A stretch of DNA of 64,000 nucleotides from an uncultured Clostridia bacterium (GTDB lineage Bacteria > Bacillota > Clostridia > Oscillospirales > Ruminococcaceae): positions 8,375 to 72,374 of the forward strand of contig CANQRG010000003.1 of NCBI GenBank assembly GCA_947626165.1, in the 5' to 3' direction. Shown piece after piece: positions 27,862 through 38,861 of the stretch (positions are counted from its first letter, which is position 1; each line of letters starts with the position of its first letter). A model generated the notes under the pieces. The model did no database searches. It had not been told where the DNA came from and was given only the letters and a program-made list of their open reading frames with translations. Position numbers and translations under genes: made by a program.

Positions 27862-28055
27862 CTTTTTTCAATTTTTCACAGTAATAGTTGTTTACTTATA
27901 CTCTTTATTTTCAAGTATACAAGAATATTTTTATTAAGTCAAATAAATTGTAATATATAGTTGTTTTAAGTATTTTACTGTATTTATAATGAATATTTTG
28001 TTTTTTAGTCATTAAATTATACATTTGTTACCCATAATAACTAGAAGTTTGAGAT

Positions 28056-28089
28056 AAATAAACCGTTCGGATTAACCGAACGATTTATT
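28056..28089 (-). terminator. Terminator downstream of ymdB
   Basis: Hairpin aaataaaccgttcgg-atta-accgaacgatttatt. Confidence 0.6.
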
Positions 28090-28123
28090 GATTCTAACAA
28101 CTTCGTCATCGTTACCAAAGCAT

Positions 28124-28891
28124 CTATCTCTTTATAATCCTTTGTATATCCCTTGCCTTTCCGGTCTGTTCATCAAAATCAACCACTACGCAATTTATAA
28201 AACAAGGTTCTTTGCTCTCTTTGAACATAACAGGATAGTGAAGTCTCATTTTAGAGGTAGCAATATCACTGTCGACACCCAGCACAGACCTTTCAGGACC
28301 TGTCATTCCAACGTCAGTAATATATGCTGTATGACCGCCTAAAATCATTTCATCAGCCGTCTGAACATGAGTGTGCGTTCCTATAACACCTGTTACACGT
28401 CCTGTAAAATAATGCCCTATACATTTCTTCTCTGACGTTGCCTCTGCATGAAAATCAATAAAAATGTTCGGAGTGGAAACTTCTGACAATGCCTTATCAA
28501 TAGCAGTAAAAGGGTTGTCAATAGGTTCAAGATAAATTACACCCATTGCATTTATAAAAGCGATCTGTGTTCTGCCTGTATCAAGAATATACATTCCCTT
28601 TCCTATAACTCCTTCTGGATAGTTGATAGGTCTTAGAAGGTAGTCATACTCATCGTACAAATGAGCAGATTCCCTTCTCTTAAAAGCGTGATTGCCTGTT
28701 GTTATAACGTCTGCGCCGCAGTTTAACAGCATATCCAGCGATGATTGTGTGATACCGTTTCCGGTTGCTGAATTTTCACCGTTTATAGCTAGTATATCTA
28801 TCTGGTATTCCTTTTTTAAATCATAAATGTGTTTTGCTAAAAAATCACACCCCTGCTTTGCCACAACATCACCTATAAACATTAACCTCAT
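28124..28891 (-). CDS. ymdB: YmdB-family metallophosphoesterase (2',3'-cyclic-nucleotide phosphodiesterase)
   Basis: Start moved to the ATG at 28891 (GGAG RBS). MRLMFIGDVV...INGENSA.G.GIT...TTGNH...DFHAEATSEK...GTHTHVQTAD. Confidence 0.88.
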   Translation of the reverse strand: MRLMFIGDVVAKQGCDFLAKHIYDLKKEYQIDILAINGENSATGNGITQSSLDMLLNCGADVITTGNHAFKRRESAHLYDEYDYLLRPINYPEGVIGKGMYILDTGRTQIAFINAMGVIYLEPIDNPFTAIDKALSEVSTPNIFIDFHAEATSEKKCIGHYFTGRVTGVIGTHTHVQTADEMILGGHTAYITDVGMTGPERSVLGVDSDIATSKMRLHYPVMFKESKEPCFINCVVVDFDEQTGKARDIQRIIKR

Positions 28892-28924
28892 AAGCTCCAC
28901 CTATCTGTAAAAAGATTACTCAAA

Positions 28925-30445
28925 TTATTTACTATCCTTATTATTTTCATTGTCGCTATTTTTATCAGATGTGTTACTAAAAACAGACTTTGTATCAGTC
29001 ATTTCAAACCAGAACATTGAGCCTTTGCCTTCTTCGCTTGAAACTCCAAACGGAAACTCGTGCGAGTTAAGAATACCCTTGACAATAGAAAGTCCGATAC
29101 CCGTTCCAACTTTATCACGCGCTACCTTCTTATCGCGGTAATACCTGTCAAAGACAAGCGGCATAAGCTCTTTGGATATTCCCTCACCGTGGTCTATGAC
29201 CTCGATTCTCACACTGTCTTTTTTATTTATCTGACGTATTATAACGGTCTTATCATCTCCGCAGTAGTTGACAGCATTGTTTATCAGGTTATACAAAACC
29301 TGCTCGATTTTAGCTTCATCTGCAAGACAAATTCTGTCCTCGTCTTTATAATACTTAATATTATAATCGTCACGCTCAATTAAAATCTGATACCTAGAAA
29401 GCACATCCTGCATCTTGTCTGAAATTGAAAACTCAGAAAGCGCAAGCTCTGCATTAGAGCTCTCAAGCTTGGAAAGCTCAAGAATGTCGTTTACCAGAAA
29501 AGCCAGCCTGTCAGACTCATCTATTATGACCTGAATATGCTCGGCACGCTTTTCGGGGTTATCTCCCGACAGATCCCTAATCATCTCAGCGTAAGCCTTT
29601 ATCATCGTAAGCGGAGTTCTCAGGTCGTGCGATACATTTGCAATAAGGTCACGCCTTAAATCGGTTACCTTTTTTACCTCGCGTCCTGCGTGGTTAAGAA
29701 CATTTGAAAGCTCCTGAACCTCCTCATAGCCTTTTCCGTCAAACTTAACGTCATAATTACCCTCTGCAAATTCCTCCGCAGATTCGGTTATCTTCACGAT
29801 TGGTCTTGCAATCTTCTTAGATATAAACAAGGCAATAATGAAAGCCAGTTCAAATAAAATGGAAGTAATAAAAATCAACTGCTCTTTAATTATCTTAGTT
29901 GTTGAGTCAACCGGTTCAATGGAGCTTTCTAAAAATAAAAGCTTAGGCGAACCGTTAATTTCAATCTTTGTGGCATAAAAAAGCTCTTTGCTTTCTGTTT
30001 CTTTATTCTCATATATCTCTGAAACGCTTTTCTTACCGCTGTTTAAAAGTTTATTTCTGAATTTATATATATACTGTCCGAACTTTTCAACGTCTGCATT
30101 AAAATATGAAAACCTTCCTAAATAATTTGCATTGTGCTCAACATTTCCCAGTGTGTCAGTAATGAGAATAGTCGCGCTGTTTTGAAAAGCCAGACTGTTG
30201 ATAAGACCGTCCAAATTATATGAGTCAATATTTTCAGAAATCTGCTCAGCACACGATTTTAAATCCCTAACTTTCATTGACTGATAATACATCTCTATGA
30301 AAAAATACTGAAAAAACCAAAGTAAAAACAAAATAATTATAGTAAACAGCATAAAGCATATCCAAATATATGTTACTAGGCTCTTCTGTTTTTTTGCGGG
30401 ATAAGTTTTATTATCAGCGCTTTTTCTGCTAAACAATTTTTTCAA
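28925..30445 (-). CDS. Sensor histidine kinase (two TM segments, HAMP, HisKA, HATPase_c)
   Basis: H-box ANVSHDLRTPLT, N-box YNLINNAVNY, G-boxes DHGEGI and GTGIGLSIV. Confidence 0.9.
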   Translation of the reverse strand: MKKLFSRKSADNKTYPAKKQKSLVTYIWICFMLFTIIILFLLWFFQYFFIEMYYQSMKVRDLKSCAEQISENIDSYNLDGLINSLAFQNSATILITDTLGNVEHNANYLGRFSYFNADVEKFGQYIYKFRNKLLNSGKKSVSEIYENKETESKELFYATKIEINGSPKLLFLESSIEPVDSTTKIIKEQLIFITSILFELAFIIALFISKKIARPIVKITESAEEFAEGNYDVKFDGKGYEEVQELSNVLNHAGREVKKVTDLRRDLIANVSHDLRTPLTMIKAYAEMIRDLSGDNPEKRAEHIQVIIDESDRLAFLVNDILELSKLESSNAELALSEFSISDKMQDVLSRYQILIERDDYNIKYYKDEDRICLADEAKIEQVLYNLINNAVNYCGDDKTVIIRQINKKDSVRIEVIDHGEGISKELMPLVFDRYYRDKKVARDKVGTGIGLSIVKGILNSHEFPFGVSSEEGKGSMFWFEMTDTKSVFSNTSDKNSDNENNKDSK

Positions 30446-31106
30446 ATTTATATCCCATTCCTCTCAAGGTTACAATAAGATTTCTGTATTCGCCAAGACT
30501 GTTTCTCAGCATTTTAATGTGCGTATCGACCGTTCTGTCATCGCCGTAAAAGTCATAACCCCAGACTTCTTCTAAGAGTTTATCTCTGGAAAGAGCTATG
30601 TTCATATTTTTCACAAGATAAAACAAGAGATCGTATTCCTTTGGCGTCATTGAAATTTTTTCGCCGTCTATCATAACCTCACGGGCAGTAAAGTTAATAG
30701 TAAGTCCCTTATACCTCACGATTTCCTCTTTACTGTTCACAGGACTTACTCTGTTGATTACTGCGCGTATTCTTGCCATAAGCTCTTTAGGCGAGAACGG
30801 CTTTACTACATAGTCGTCAATTCCCAACTCAAATCCAAACAGCTTATCATACTCCTCGCCTCGTGCAGAAAGCATAATAACCGGCACACTGCTTGTCTTT
30901 CTTATCTCACGAACAGCCGAATATCCGTCAAGCTTAGGCATCATAATATCCATAACGATTATATCAATGTCCTCATTATCAGACACCTTTTTTACAGCGT
31001 CCATACCGTCCTCTGCCTCAATAATTTCAAAGCCCTCAAATTCGGCATACTCACGCACAACATCTCTTATTTTCTTTTCATCGTCCACTATAAGTATTTT
31101 TGACAT
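30429..31106 (-). CDS. OmpR/PhoB-family response regulator
   Basis: ILIVDDE...DIIVMDIMMPKLDG receiver domain. The C-terminal winged helix ends in LRGMGYKF. It overlaps the kinase gene by 17 nt. Confidence 0.92.
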   Translation of the reverse strand: MSKILIVDDEKKIRDVVREYAEFEGFEIIEAEDGMDAVKKVSDNEDIDIIVMDIMMPKLDGYSAVREIRKTSSVPVIMLSARGEEYDKLFGFELGIDDYVVKPFSPKELMARIRAVINRVSPVNSKEEIVRYKGLTINFTAREVMIDGEKISMTPKEYDLLFYLVKNMNIALSRDKLLEEVWGYDFYGDDRTVDTHIKMLRNSLGEYRNLIVTLRGMGYKFEKIV

Positions 31107-31291
31107 AAAAATCTACTCCTTTACAGGCTTATGTTTTCCATAATAACACTATCATTTGATTGTGTAAATCCAGTGACAAAAAGGAAAAAGATAGTCACGG
31201 ATAAATATTGACAGAATTTATTTTATTTTCTATAATGTAATTATACTATACTCAAAACAATAATACAATACGAAAATCAAAGGAGACTGTT

Positions 31292-31750
31292 ATGGTAAGA
31301 CCCTTTAAAAAATCAGATTTAAAAAACTGTGTTAAGCTTCTTATAGATGTTTACTACAATGACCCGTGGAATAACAAGTGGACTGAAAAGACAGGAACAA
31401 GATATTTAGATGAAATATCCGACCTCAAACGCTTTGTAGGTTATGTTTATGAAGACAATGAATCAGGTGAAATTATCGGCGCTGTATTTGCAAACGAACA
31501 GGTATGGTGGTCAGGAGACGAGCTTTATATTTATGAGCTTTTTGTTTCAAATAAGCGTCATAAAGAAGGTATCGGAAAGAGTCTTATCTCGGCTCTGGAA
31601 AAGCATATTGAGGAAAATGACATTGAGTGTATTACCCTGCTAACTAGCAATAAAACACCTGCTCCTGGTTTTTATAAGCATCTCGGCTTTGAAAAACTGG
31701 AATATGTGGAGTATTATTGCAGAGAAGCGCCAAATAAAAAAGAACAATAA
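31292..31750 (+). CDS. GNAT-family N-acetyltransferase
   Basis: ELFVSNKRHKEGIGKSLISALE is the (Q/R)xxGxG/A acetyl-CoA motif. Confidence 0.8.
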   Translation: MVRPFKKSDLKNCVKLLIDVYYNDPWNNKWTEKTGTRYLDEISDLKRFVGYVYEDNESGEIIGAVFANEQVWWSGDELYIYELFVSNKRHKEGIGKSLISALEKHIEENDIECITLLTSNKTPAPGFYKHLGFEKLEYVEYYCREAPNKKEQ

Positions 31751-31807
31751 AAATAAAAATTAAAACCGGAAGGCATTGACCCTCCGGCTTATTTATTATA
31801 ATAACTT

Positions 31808-32248
31808 TTACTTATTATTACCTGATAACACCGCCATAGATTCAACCTTATTCTTTATCATGCAAAATGCAGTCTCAGGATCATCAATGTCCATCACCGT
31901 TTTCTCCATTGGACAAAGACCTGTGTTTGAACGGTTTCTTATAGCCTCAACTGATAAATCACATAACGGCTCAATGCCATTCTTGGATAAAGTTTTATAT
32001 GCTGATTTACTCATAACTGGCGCATAAACTGCATTTACACCTAGTAGCACATAAAGAAATGCTGCGGCTTTTCCTACCACCTTATCAGCGGCGCAGAAGC
32101 CTCTAAAATCCGTCTTGGAATTTAACCATTCAACCAGTGGCTTTACGCCGCATTCCATACTAGTAAAAACTGTACTCTCCCTGCAAAGAACGCAGGTATA
32201 TTCGCTCTTTGACAGCAAATCTACAGCCTTTTTTAAATCAGCCTTCAT
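31808..32248 (-). CDS. DUF1893-family protein
   Basis: Start moved to the ATG at 32248 (GGAGAA RBS). GVKPLVEWL...ADKVVGKAAAFL...NRSNTGLCPME matches my memory of the DUF1893 pattern. Confidence 0.65.
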   Translation of the reverse strand: MKADLKKAVDLLSKSEYTCVLCRESTVFTSMECGVKPLVEWLNSKTDFRGFCAADKVVGKAAAFLYVLLGVNAVYAPVMSKSAYKTLSKNGIEPLCDLSVEAIRNRSNTGLCPMEKTVMDIDDPETAFCMIKNKVESMAVLSGNNK

Positions 32249-32807
32249 TCTTTGAGTTCTCCACACGGTAAACGATAAGTGGAATCAATGCCCACTGTAA
32301 AACAATACCGAAAATTCCGACACCTATGCTCATCCAAATTACTGAAACATTTATGCTCTCATTTCCAAATGCAAATACTGAAATCAAAATAGCTCCGGCA
32401 CGAACCGCACGTCCTGCAACTTGAGCAATAACAACTTTTGCTATAGTAGGTATTCTTACATTTCTGAGTAATCCTGCAAAAAGACCGTATGCACAAAGCT
32501 CGATCATCATAAACGGAAGCATAACAGCTGTGGGCATTCCCGAAAGTGCAAAACTTACAAGAGGTCCCAGCAGACCTGAAATTGCTCCTGCGTAAGGTCC
32601 TGCTAAAAGGCCGACCAAAATAATCGGCAAATGCATAGGCAGAAATGTTTCGCCGAGTGCCGTTCCAAGTCCTGAAACAGCGCCTAAAAGGTGGAACACC
32701 TGCGGAACAGCTACTGCCGCTACAATAGCTGTAATAGTTGCCAGAACCTGAACCTTTACAGATAAACGAGGTTTACCTAAAGTTTTTAGTGCTTTTGTGT
32801 TTGTCAT
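32238..32807 (-). CDS. ECF-transporter S-component-like membrane protein
   Basis: Start moved to the ATG at 32807 (AAGGAG RBS). About six TM helices in ~189 aa. The substrate cannot be inferred. Confidence 0.6.
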   Translation of the reverse strand: MTNTKALKTLGKPRLSVKVQVLATITAIVAAVAVPQVFHLLGAVSGLGTALGETFLPMHLPIILVGLLAGPYAGAISGLLGPLVSFALSGMPTAVMLPFMMIELCAYGLFAGLLRNVRIPTIAKVVIAQVAGRAVRAGAILISVFAFGNESINVSVIWMSIGVGIFGIVLQWALIPLIVYRVENSKNEG

Positions 32808-32841
32808 AATAAAATCTCCTTTGTTAAAAATATATAAAAAA

Positions 32842-33963
32842 TCAATTCTGCTCAAATTCTAAGGCTACCTGTTCAAGCAGATCACGGATTTTTAATTGCT
32901 GAGGACATATCTTTTCGCACCTTCCGCATTTTATACAAGCAGACGCTTTACCGTTATTTACGGTATGCACCTCATTGTAGTAAAAAGAACTGTTCCAATC
33001 CTTATACTGCTTTTTAGCGTTCAGACATGCGAACAAATCAGGTATCAATATTTTAGCCGGACAGCCCTCTATGCAATAACGGCAGGCGGTACACGGAATA
33101 ATATCCTGCTCTTTTAAAATACCGCTTACCTTTATAATTGCTGACATTTCTTCATCATTTATTGGCTTAAAGTCTGTCATAAAGCTGAGATTATCCTCCA
33201 TCTGAGCCATATTGCTCATACCAGACAGCACAAGTACCACATTTTCAAAGCTTGCCGCAAAACGTATAGCATAACTCGCATAGCTTCCGCCGTTTAAATC
33301 ATCAAACACCTTTTTTGCCTCATCGGGAAGATTTACAAGACTTCCGCCCTTAACAGGCTCCATTACAATAACCGGCTTATTGAACTTACAGCATACCTCA
33401 TAACATTCACGAGCTTGAACTGCAGCGTCGTCATAATCTATATAATTAAACTGTATCTGCACTATCTCTATCTGAGGATATTCGGTCAAAATCTGCTCTA
33501 AAACCGAAGCCTTGTCGTGGAACGATATACCGAAGTGCTTTATCTTACCTTCACGTAGAAATTCCAGACTTGTTTCATAGGCTTTGCACCTCTTGTATTT
33601 TTCAAAATTATCCGCATTCTGAGAATGCATAAGGTAAAAGTCGAAATAATCAACACCGCATATCTTTAACTGGTTTTCAAAAAAGGGTCTTACTTCTTCC
33701 TGCTTTTCAAAATAACTGGAAGATAGCTTATTTGTCAGCACATAGCTTTCTCGCGGGTAACGGCTCACAAGACAGTCTCTTAATGCAGTCTCGCTCTTAC
33801 CGTCTACATACATATGCGCTGTGTCGAAATAGTTAAAGCCAGCGTCCATATATGCGTCGATCATCTTATTAAATTCATCATAATCAACCTCACTGCCCTT
33901 CATAGGCAGACGCATACAGCCAAAACCGAAGTTTTTATCAATACCTTCAATGTAAGGTTTCAT
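32842..33963 (-). CDS. Aldo/keto reductase fused to a C-terminal 4Fe-4S ferredoxin-type domain
   Basis: FGCMRLP...FDTAHMY.DG.SE AKR N-terminus. CTACRYCIEGCP and CIKCGRCEKICP are two CxxCxxCxxxCP clusters. Confidence 0.85.
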   Translation of the reverse strand: MKPYIEGIDKNFGFGCMRLPMKGSEVDYDEFNKMIDAYMDAGFNYFDTAHMYVDGKSETALRDCLVSRYPRESYVLTNKLSSSYFEKQEEVRPFFENQLKICGVDYFDFYLMHSQNADNFEKYKRCKAYETSLEFLREGKIKHFGISFHDKASVLEQILTEYPQIEIVQIQFNYIDYDDAAVQARECYEVCCKFNKPVIVMEPVKGGSLVNLPDEAKKVFDDLNGGSYASYAIRFAASFENVVLVLSGMSNMAQMEDNLSFMTDFKPINDEEMSAIIKVSGILKEQDIIPCTACRYCIEGCPAKILIPDLFACLNAKKQYKDWNSSFYYNEVHTVNNGKASACIKCGRCEKICPQQLKIRDLLEQVALEFEQN

Positions 33964-34047
33964 AGCCTGCTCTCCTTAGTAGATTTAATTTTTGAATAGG
34001 ATAAATATATTATATTATTATTAGATAATTCTGTCAAGTAATTTATA

Positions 34048-34094
34048 GGCAAGATGCAAGACCGCCGAGCCGGCAGAGTAGGTTTACAATCGAT
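34048..34094 (+). repeat. Partial unit of the intergenic repeat family
   Basis: ggcaagatgcaagaccgccgagccggcag, compared with agaagcaagaccagcgagccggcgg at 4771-4795. Confidence 0.55.
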
Positions 34095-34183
34095 ATTTTT
34101 AATGGAGTGACGAAAGGAAAACTCTGTGTTACAGTGAAGTTAAGAAAAGACATATCAGAATGAAACATTTCGTCTTAAAATAT

Positions 34184-34221
34184 GCAAAGCACGATAAATA
34201 TGCATATTTATCGTGCTTTGC
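34184..34221 (-). terminator. Terminator of the MMPL/YhgE operon
   Basis: Perfect 17-bp stem gcaaagcacgataaata-tgca-tatttatcgtgctttgc. Confidence 0.7.
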
Positions 34222-34375
34222 AATCTGTAAGTTAAATAAAGTTTTGAATACTAGACATATAGTTTTGGAGTGATTATTAAATTTGTAACTAATTTTGTAA
34301 ATTGCATATATTGCGAAGTTTTTAGATATTTCATCCCTAATTCCTACCTATTTATCTATTACAGGATTTACACAA

Positions 34376-36343
34376 TTAATAAATCCCAAATAATCTAAGA
34401 AGCTTTTGCCAGAAATTAAGTTTTTCTTCAGTATTAGCTATTTCTGTTTTCTTTTCTTTAACTTCAATTTTATCTGTCTTAATTACAAACTGCACAGATG
34501 TTACATCTGTGTTTTTCTTTGATATAAACGAACTGGTTTCACTGTCAGAACCGCTGATCGATGAGATTATACCGTCTATTTTATCATTGATTTTTTCGTC
34601 CATTCCTGAAGTTTCGCTTTTTATTTTATCTGTACCTTCATAAAGATCTCCTGCTCCGTCTGATAACTTCGTTATACCGCTGTATAGGCTTGCAATCCCT
34701 CCGTCAAAAGCCTGCGTTCCCTCAACTAATGAATCGCTTCCGTCTGCAAGTTCGGACGCTCCGCCTTTGATTTTGGAATATCCCTTTACAATTTTTTTAA
34801 CGCCTCCGGTGTATGATTTGATTCCATCGTCCAGCGTTATGTATTGGTTCACCAGAGTATCAATTCCATCTGACAACTTTGAAATGTTAACAATCATTTC
34901 GCTTAGATTGTTTGCCAGTGTGCTTATAGATTTATCAAATTCAGCATAGTTCGTTTCAAGCTGTTCTAATCCTGAATAAAGCTCAGAAGCGCCGCCGGAT
35001 AAACCGTTAAAATATTGTTCAGTACCCGAAATCATACCGTTGCTTCCTGTGAGCAAGGTTACAATATCGGTAAGCTGTGATATCTGCGCTTGTAATTCTT
35101 CTGCCTGTTCCTTATACTTTTCATTTCCCTGAATTTTTTTAAGCGTTTCTTTTAACTGAGAAATTTGTTCTGTAAGGCTTTTAATTGCCTCTGAGTTTCC
35201 TAAAGAGAGTTTGTCGATATCAAGTCCGTTTGCCGACATTGCAGCTTTAAATTGTGCATATTCAAGATTATCTTTCAGCTTTGACGCACCGTTTTTCAAA
35301 TTAGTAATAGCTGTTTTAATTTGTCCAGAAGCAGAAGTCAGTTCCTTTAGCATTTCAGCGTCAGCGGAAACAGAGTCAAGAGAAGTTTGGATTTTCTCTA
35401 ATGCGTTTTTCACCTGAGTAGAACCGCTCGTGAGGTTTTCCGACTGAGAATCAAGCTCGTCAAGACCTCTTTGAAGCGTATCTATACCCGATGATAGTTC
35501 ATCAACTCCACTGTCAAGACTTTTAGCTCCGCTGCTTAGATTTGATGAATTGCCTTTTAAGGTATTTCCGCCGTCCTTCAACTCATTTGAACCATTGTAA
35601 ACCTGCTTTGCACCATCGTCAAGCTTATCAATTCCGTTGCTTAGGTCGCCTACCTTGTCTGTAATTTCACTGCTGTCGACATCTAAGTCAAGATTCATTT
35701 TTATACCGTTGATTGAAACCGCAGACATTTCAAAATTTTTGACCTTTGCAGTTATCTTCGTGTCAATGCCCTTGTTTGGAAGAATTGTGTATGTAAGCTG
35801 TTTGTTGCTCCCCACATTTGCAATCGTTGCTTCATCAGCGGTTATTTTTGAACATAGTTTGGTATCAAGTGTAAATGTCGCCTGCAAAGCATAGCTTTCA
35901 AAAAAATCTGTTTTGCAGTTTTTATTTTTCTCAATTGTAAATTTAATTTCCAGATCTCCGCTTTTCCCTGCGATTTCATTAGCAGTCATCTCCACTCCAT
36001 TGAGAAAATACTTAATTGATATTATCCAAGGAATCTCAGCATTTGTCAAAGTACCCTGCATATATGCCTTTTCGGAATCTGTCGAGAATGTTATTTTATC
36101 GCCGTCTACGGTTATTTCATCACTTGTGTTAAGCATTTTTACATTGTCATAATCTCCGTAGTCGGTGATATCTCCCCTATTAAAAATGTTAACTGCGTAA
36201 ACCCCGTCGACCGAACCGTTAGCGTTTGTCATAATATAAATTACTTCTTCTTTTTTAGAAGACTCCGCCGACACTGGCAGTGCAGCAGACATCACAATCA
36301 ATGCTGACAGCGTTAAAGAAATTATTTTATTAAAAAGCCTCAT
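34376..36343 (-). CDS. YhgE/Pip-like secreted protein with x-x-x-L-x-x-G heptad repeats
   Basis: Start moved to the ATG at 36343 (GAGGTG RBS), which gives the signal peptide MRLFNKIISLTLSALIVMSAALPVSA. Long array of repeats such as LSNGIDKLDDGAKQVYNGSNELKDGGNTLKGNSSNLSSGAKSLDSGVDELSSG. Confidence 0.8.
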   Translation of the reverse strand: MRLFNKIISLTLSALIVMSAALPVSAESSKKEEVIYIMTNANGSVDGVYAVNIFNRGDITDYGDYDNVKMLNTSDEITVDGDKITFSTDSEKAYMQGTLTNAEIPWIISIKYFLNGVEMTANEIAGKSGDLEIKFTIEKNKNCKTDFFESYALQATFTLDTKLCSKITADEATIANVGSNKQLTYTILPNKGIDTKITAKVKNFEMSAVSINGIKMNLDLDVDSSEITDKVGDLSNGIDKLDDGAKQVYNGSNELKDGGNTLKGNSSNLSSGAKSLDSGVDELSSGIDTLQRGLDELDSQSENLTSGSTQVKNALEKIQTSLDSVSADAEMLKELTSASGQIKTAITNLKNGASKLKDNLEYAQFKAAMSANGLDIDKLSLGNSEAIKSLTEQISQLKETLKKIQGNEKYKEQAEELQAQISQLTDIVTLLTGSNGMISGTEQYFNGLSGGASELYSGLEQLETNYAEFDKSISTLANNLSEMIVNISKLSDGIDTLVNQYITLDDGIKSYTGGVKKIVKGYSKIKGGASELADGSDSLVEGTQAFDGGIASLYSGITKLSDGAGDLYEGTDKIKSETSGMDEKINDKIDGIISSISGSDSETSSFISKKNTDVTSVQFVIKTDKIEVKEKKTEIANTEEKLNFWQKLLRLFGIY

Positions 36344-36356
36344 CACGATCACCTCA

Positions 36357-38414
36357 TCAATTAGTATAAAATTCAATATTTTTAGTTGTTCTTTTAATGA
36401 CTCCGTCCAACAGGAAAAGCAGTCCGGGCAGTACAAACATTACTATTGCCAATGAGAACAGCGTTCCTCTGCCGATAAAAAATCCAAGCTGAGCGAGCAG
36501 TCCGTGAGTTGAAAAATGCCCCAGAAGAAATCCTACGACTGTAAGTGCGCTTCCCGATGTGAGAACTGAAACAGTGCACGAAGAAATAACACTGACAATG
36601 GCTTGCTTTTTCGGCATCTGTTGACGAAACTCCATATACCTGTCTGTAAAAAGAATTGCATAGTCTACCGTTGCGCCCAACTGAATAGAACTGATTATCA
36701 GGTAGGCAATATAGAAAATTGTATTTCCGTTAAAATAAGGAATTGATAGATTAAGCCATATAGCTGTTTCAATAGCAGTTACAAGAATTACCGGCAGAGT
36801 AATTGATTTTAAAGTAAACACAAGAACTATGAAAACCGCCGCTATTGCAATCAAATTGACCTTCATCATATCACTTGTAACTGTATTCATCAAATCAAAC
36901 GTGCTCACACCGTTTCCAGCCAGATAATATTTTTCTTTGTAAAAGCTCTCAGCAGTGTTTCTAATTTTCTCAACTAGTTTAAATGTATCTTCGCCTTCAT
37001 AATCGGTATCAAGATTTATGACCATACGGCTGTAATTATCTGAAACAAGCTTTGACAGCGTATCATCATCTATATATTCTTCAGGGATTTCCTCGCCTAC
37101 CGTATCTACATATGAAAGAATATCAGTCACCTGCGGCAGCTTTTTAAGTTCATCTGAAAGCTCTTTTATCTTTGAATTATCACCGTTTGGAACCATAAGT
37201 ACATATGTATCGCTTTTACCGAAAACCTGCTCGATCAATGCGGTATCTGAACCCAGCTTAGTTTTCTCATTAAAAATATGTGCTGAGCCGTAGTAGTAAT
37301 CATTTGAGTTAGAAGCAAGAAAAGAAGGAACAATTACAACAACAAATACGCAAACAAAAGGTATCATAACCTTACTTACAAATCTGCCGAACCTTTCAAA
37401 CTTTGGTACAAAAGGTCTATGACGTGTTTTGTCGATAACTCTGTATATCAACAGAATAAAATTTGGCATAAATACAAACACGCTTATAAGACTTATTGCC
37501 ACGCCTTTTGCGAGAACCATTCCCAAATCAGGACCGATTCTGAACCTCATCAGACAAAGAGCGGCAAAACCTATAACAGTAGTAAGACCGCTGGAAAGTA
37601 TTGAGCTTGTGGATTTGCAAAGAGCGTCGATCATAGCGTCTCTTGAGTTTGAAAAATCCTTTCTGCTTTCTTCAAAGCGGTGCAGTAAAAAGACGTAGTA
37701 ATCGAGCGATACAGCAAGCTGTAAAATCGCTCCCGCCGCATTTGAAACAAATGAAATTTCACCGAAAATAACATTGCTTCCCATATTTATAAGAATGGCA
37801 ATTCCCAAACCGATAAGAATAATAATCGGCTCAGCCCACGATAGAGTGTTGAGAATCAAAACTGCAAGCACAAAAATAACCGCAATTATTGCAATCTTGT
37901 ATATTTCGCTGACTGTGCTTTCTGTAGCTACCGCAGTAGATACCGCCGAACCCTCCATAGCGTTATCATTGCCGATTATCTCTCGGATATTTGAAACTGC
38001 GTCAAGGATATGCGCTTCCTCTATCGTAACAGAAAATAAAGCGGTATTGTCCTTATAATAGGTTTCAACTACATCGGATTCCATAACTTCAAGCGGCTGA
38101 GTAATATCAACGCTGTCATCAAGCCAAGTCACGCCGGAAACGCCATTTATATCTGCAATCTTATCCTTATATTCCAACGCTTCAGCAACAGTTACATCTT
38201 TGATCATTACCCTTGCATTAGGGATTCCGCCGTCAAATTCCTTGTTCATTACATCTATTGAAACTGTCGATTTGCTGTCACTTGGAAGGTAGTCGTTTAT
38301 ATCATAATTGACCTCAACAAAACCTCTTATCAAAGCACAAAAAACCGCAAGAATTATAAATACAATCATTACTAACTTAGGCTTTGCGGTTATTCCCTTA
38401 TATAACTTTCTCAA
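36357..38414 (-). CDS. MMPL/RND-superfamily transporter
   Basis: 685 aa with two blocks of ~6 TM helices, each preceded by a soluble loop. This is the typical MMPL topology. Confidence 0.8.
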   Translation of the reverse strand: MRKLYKGITAKPKLVMIVFIILAVFCALIRGFVEVNYDINDYLPSDSKSTVSIDVMNKEFDGGIPNARVMIKDVTVAEALEYKDKIADINGVSGVTWLDDSVDITQPLEVMESDVVETYYKDNTALFSVTIEEAHILDAVSNIREIIGNDNAMEGSAVSTAVATESTVSEIYKIAIIAVIFVLAVLILNTLSWAEPIIILIGLGIAILINMGSNVIFGEISFVSNAAGAILQLAVSLDYYVFLLHRFEESRKDFSNSRDAMIDALCKSTSSILSSGLTTVIGFAALCLMRFRIGPDLGMVLAKGVAISLISVFVFMPNFILLIYRVIDKTRHRPFVPKFERFGRFVSKVMIPFVCVFVVVIVPSFLASNSNDYYYGSAHIFNEKTKLGSDTALIEQVFGKSDTYVLMVPNGDNSKIKELSDELKKLPQVTDILSYVDTVGEEIPEEYIDDDTLSKLVSDNYSRMVINLDTDYEGEDTFKLVEKIRNTAESFYKEKYYLAGNGVSTFDLMNTVTSDMMKVNLIAIAAVFIVLVFTLKSITLPVILVTAIETAIWLNLSIPYFNGNTIFYIAYLIISSIQLGATVDYAILFTDRYMEFRQQMPKKQAIVSVISSCTVSVLTSGSALTVVGFLLGHFSTHGLLAQLGFFIGRGTLFSLAIVMFVLPGLLFLLDGVIKRTTKNIEFYTN

Positions 38415-38734
38415 ATATTATCGCCTACTTTCACAACAGATGTTCCTGTGACAATAAGATTTCGCCCTTCGGCATTTAGCTTAAAGGTAATTGAACTGTC
38501 GTCCAGATACCCCTCACCGTTACAGTCTATATTATTCGTAAGAGTTTTCAAGTGTCCGTGAATTTTAAATTTACCATCGAAATCAATAGTTCCGCTGAAG
38601 TAATTTTCACTTTTCATAACTGTTATAACGCACTCTAAAGTATCGTCTACGATTTTTGCAGACATCGTTCCTATTTTATTTCCAATGGTAGTATTAAGGA
38701 CTATATTGTATTTCAAATGCTTTTGTTCATTCAT
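38411..38734 (-). CDS. Small hypothetical protein (107 aa), translationally coupled to the MMPL gene
   Basis: 4-nt overlap with the MMPL start. I recognise no family. Confidence 0.6.
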   Translation of the reverse strand: MNEQKHLKYNIVLNTTIGNKIGTMSAKIVDDTLECVITVMKSENYFSGTIDFDGKFKIHGHLKTLTNNIDCNGEGYLDDSSITFKLNAEGRNLIVTGTSVVKVGDNI

Positions 38735-38861
38735 TTAACACACCTGCCTTTGGTGTATAATTATAAACATTAAACCTATAACTTCAATGGTTAAATTGGT
38801 TCAAATGTTGAAAATTCGGACAAATGAACACATTTGATGGTCAAAATGAACAAATCGTCTA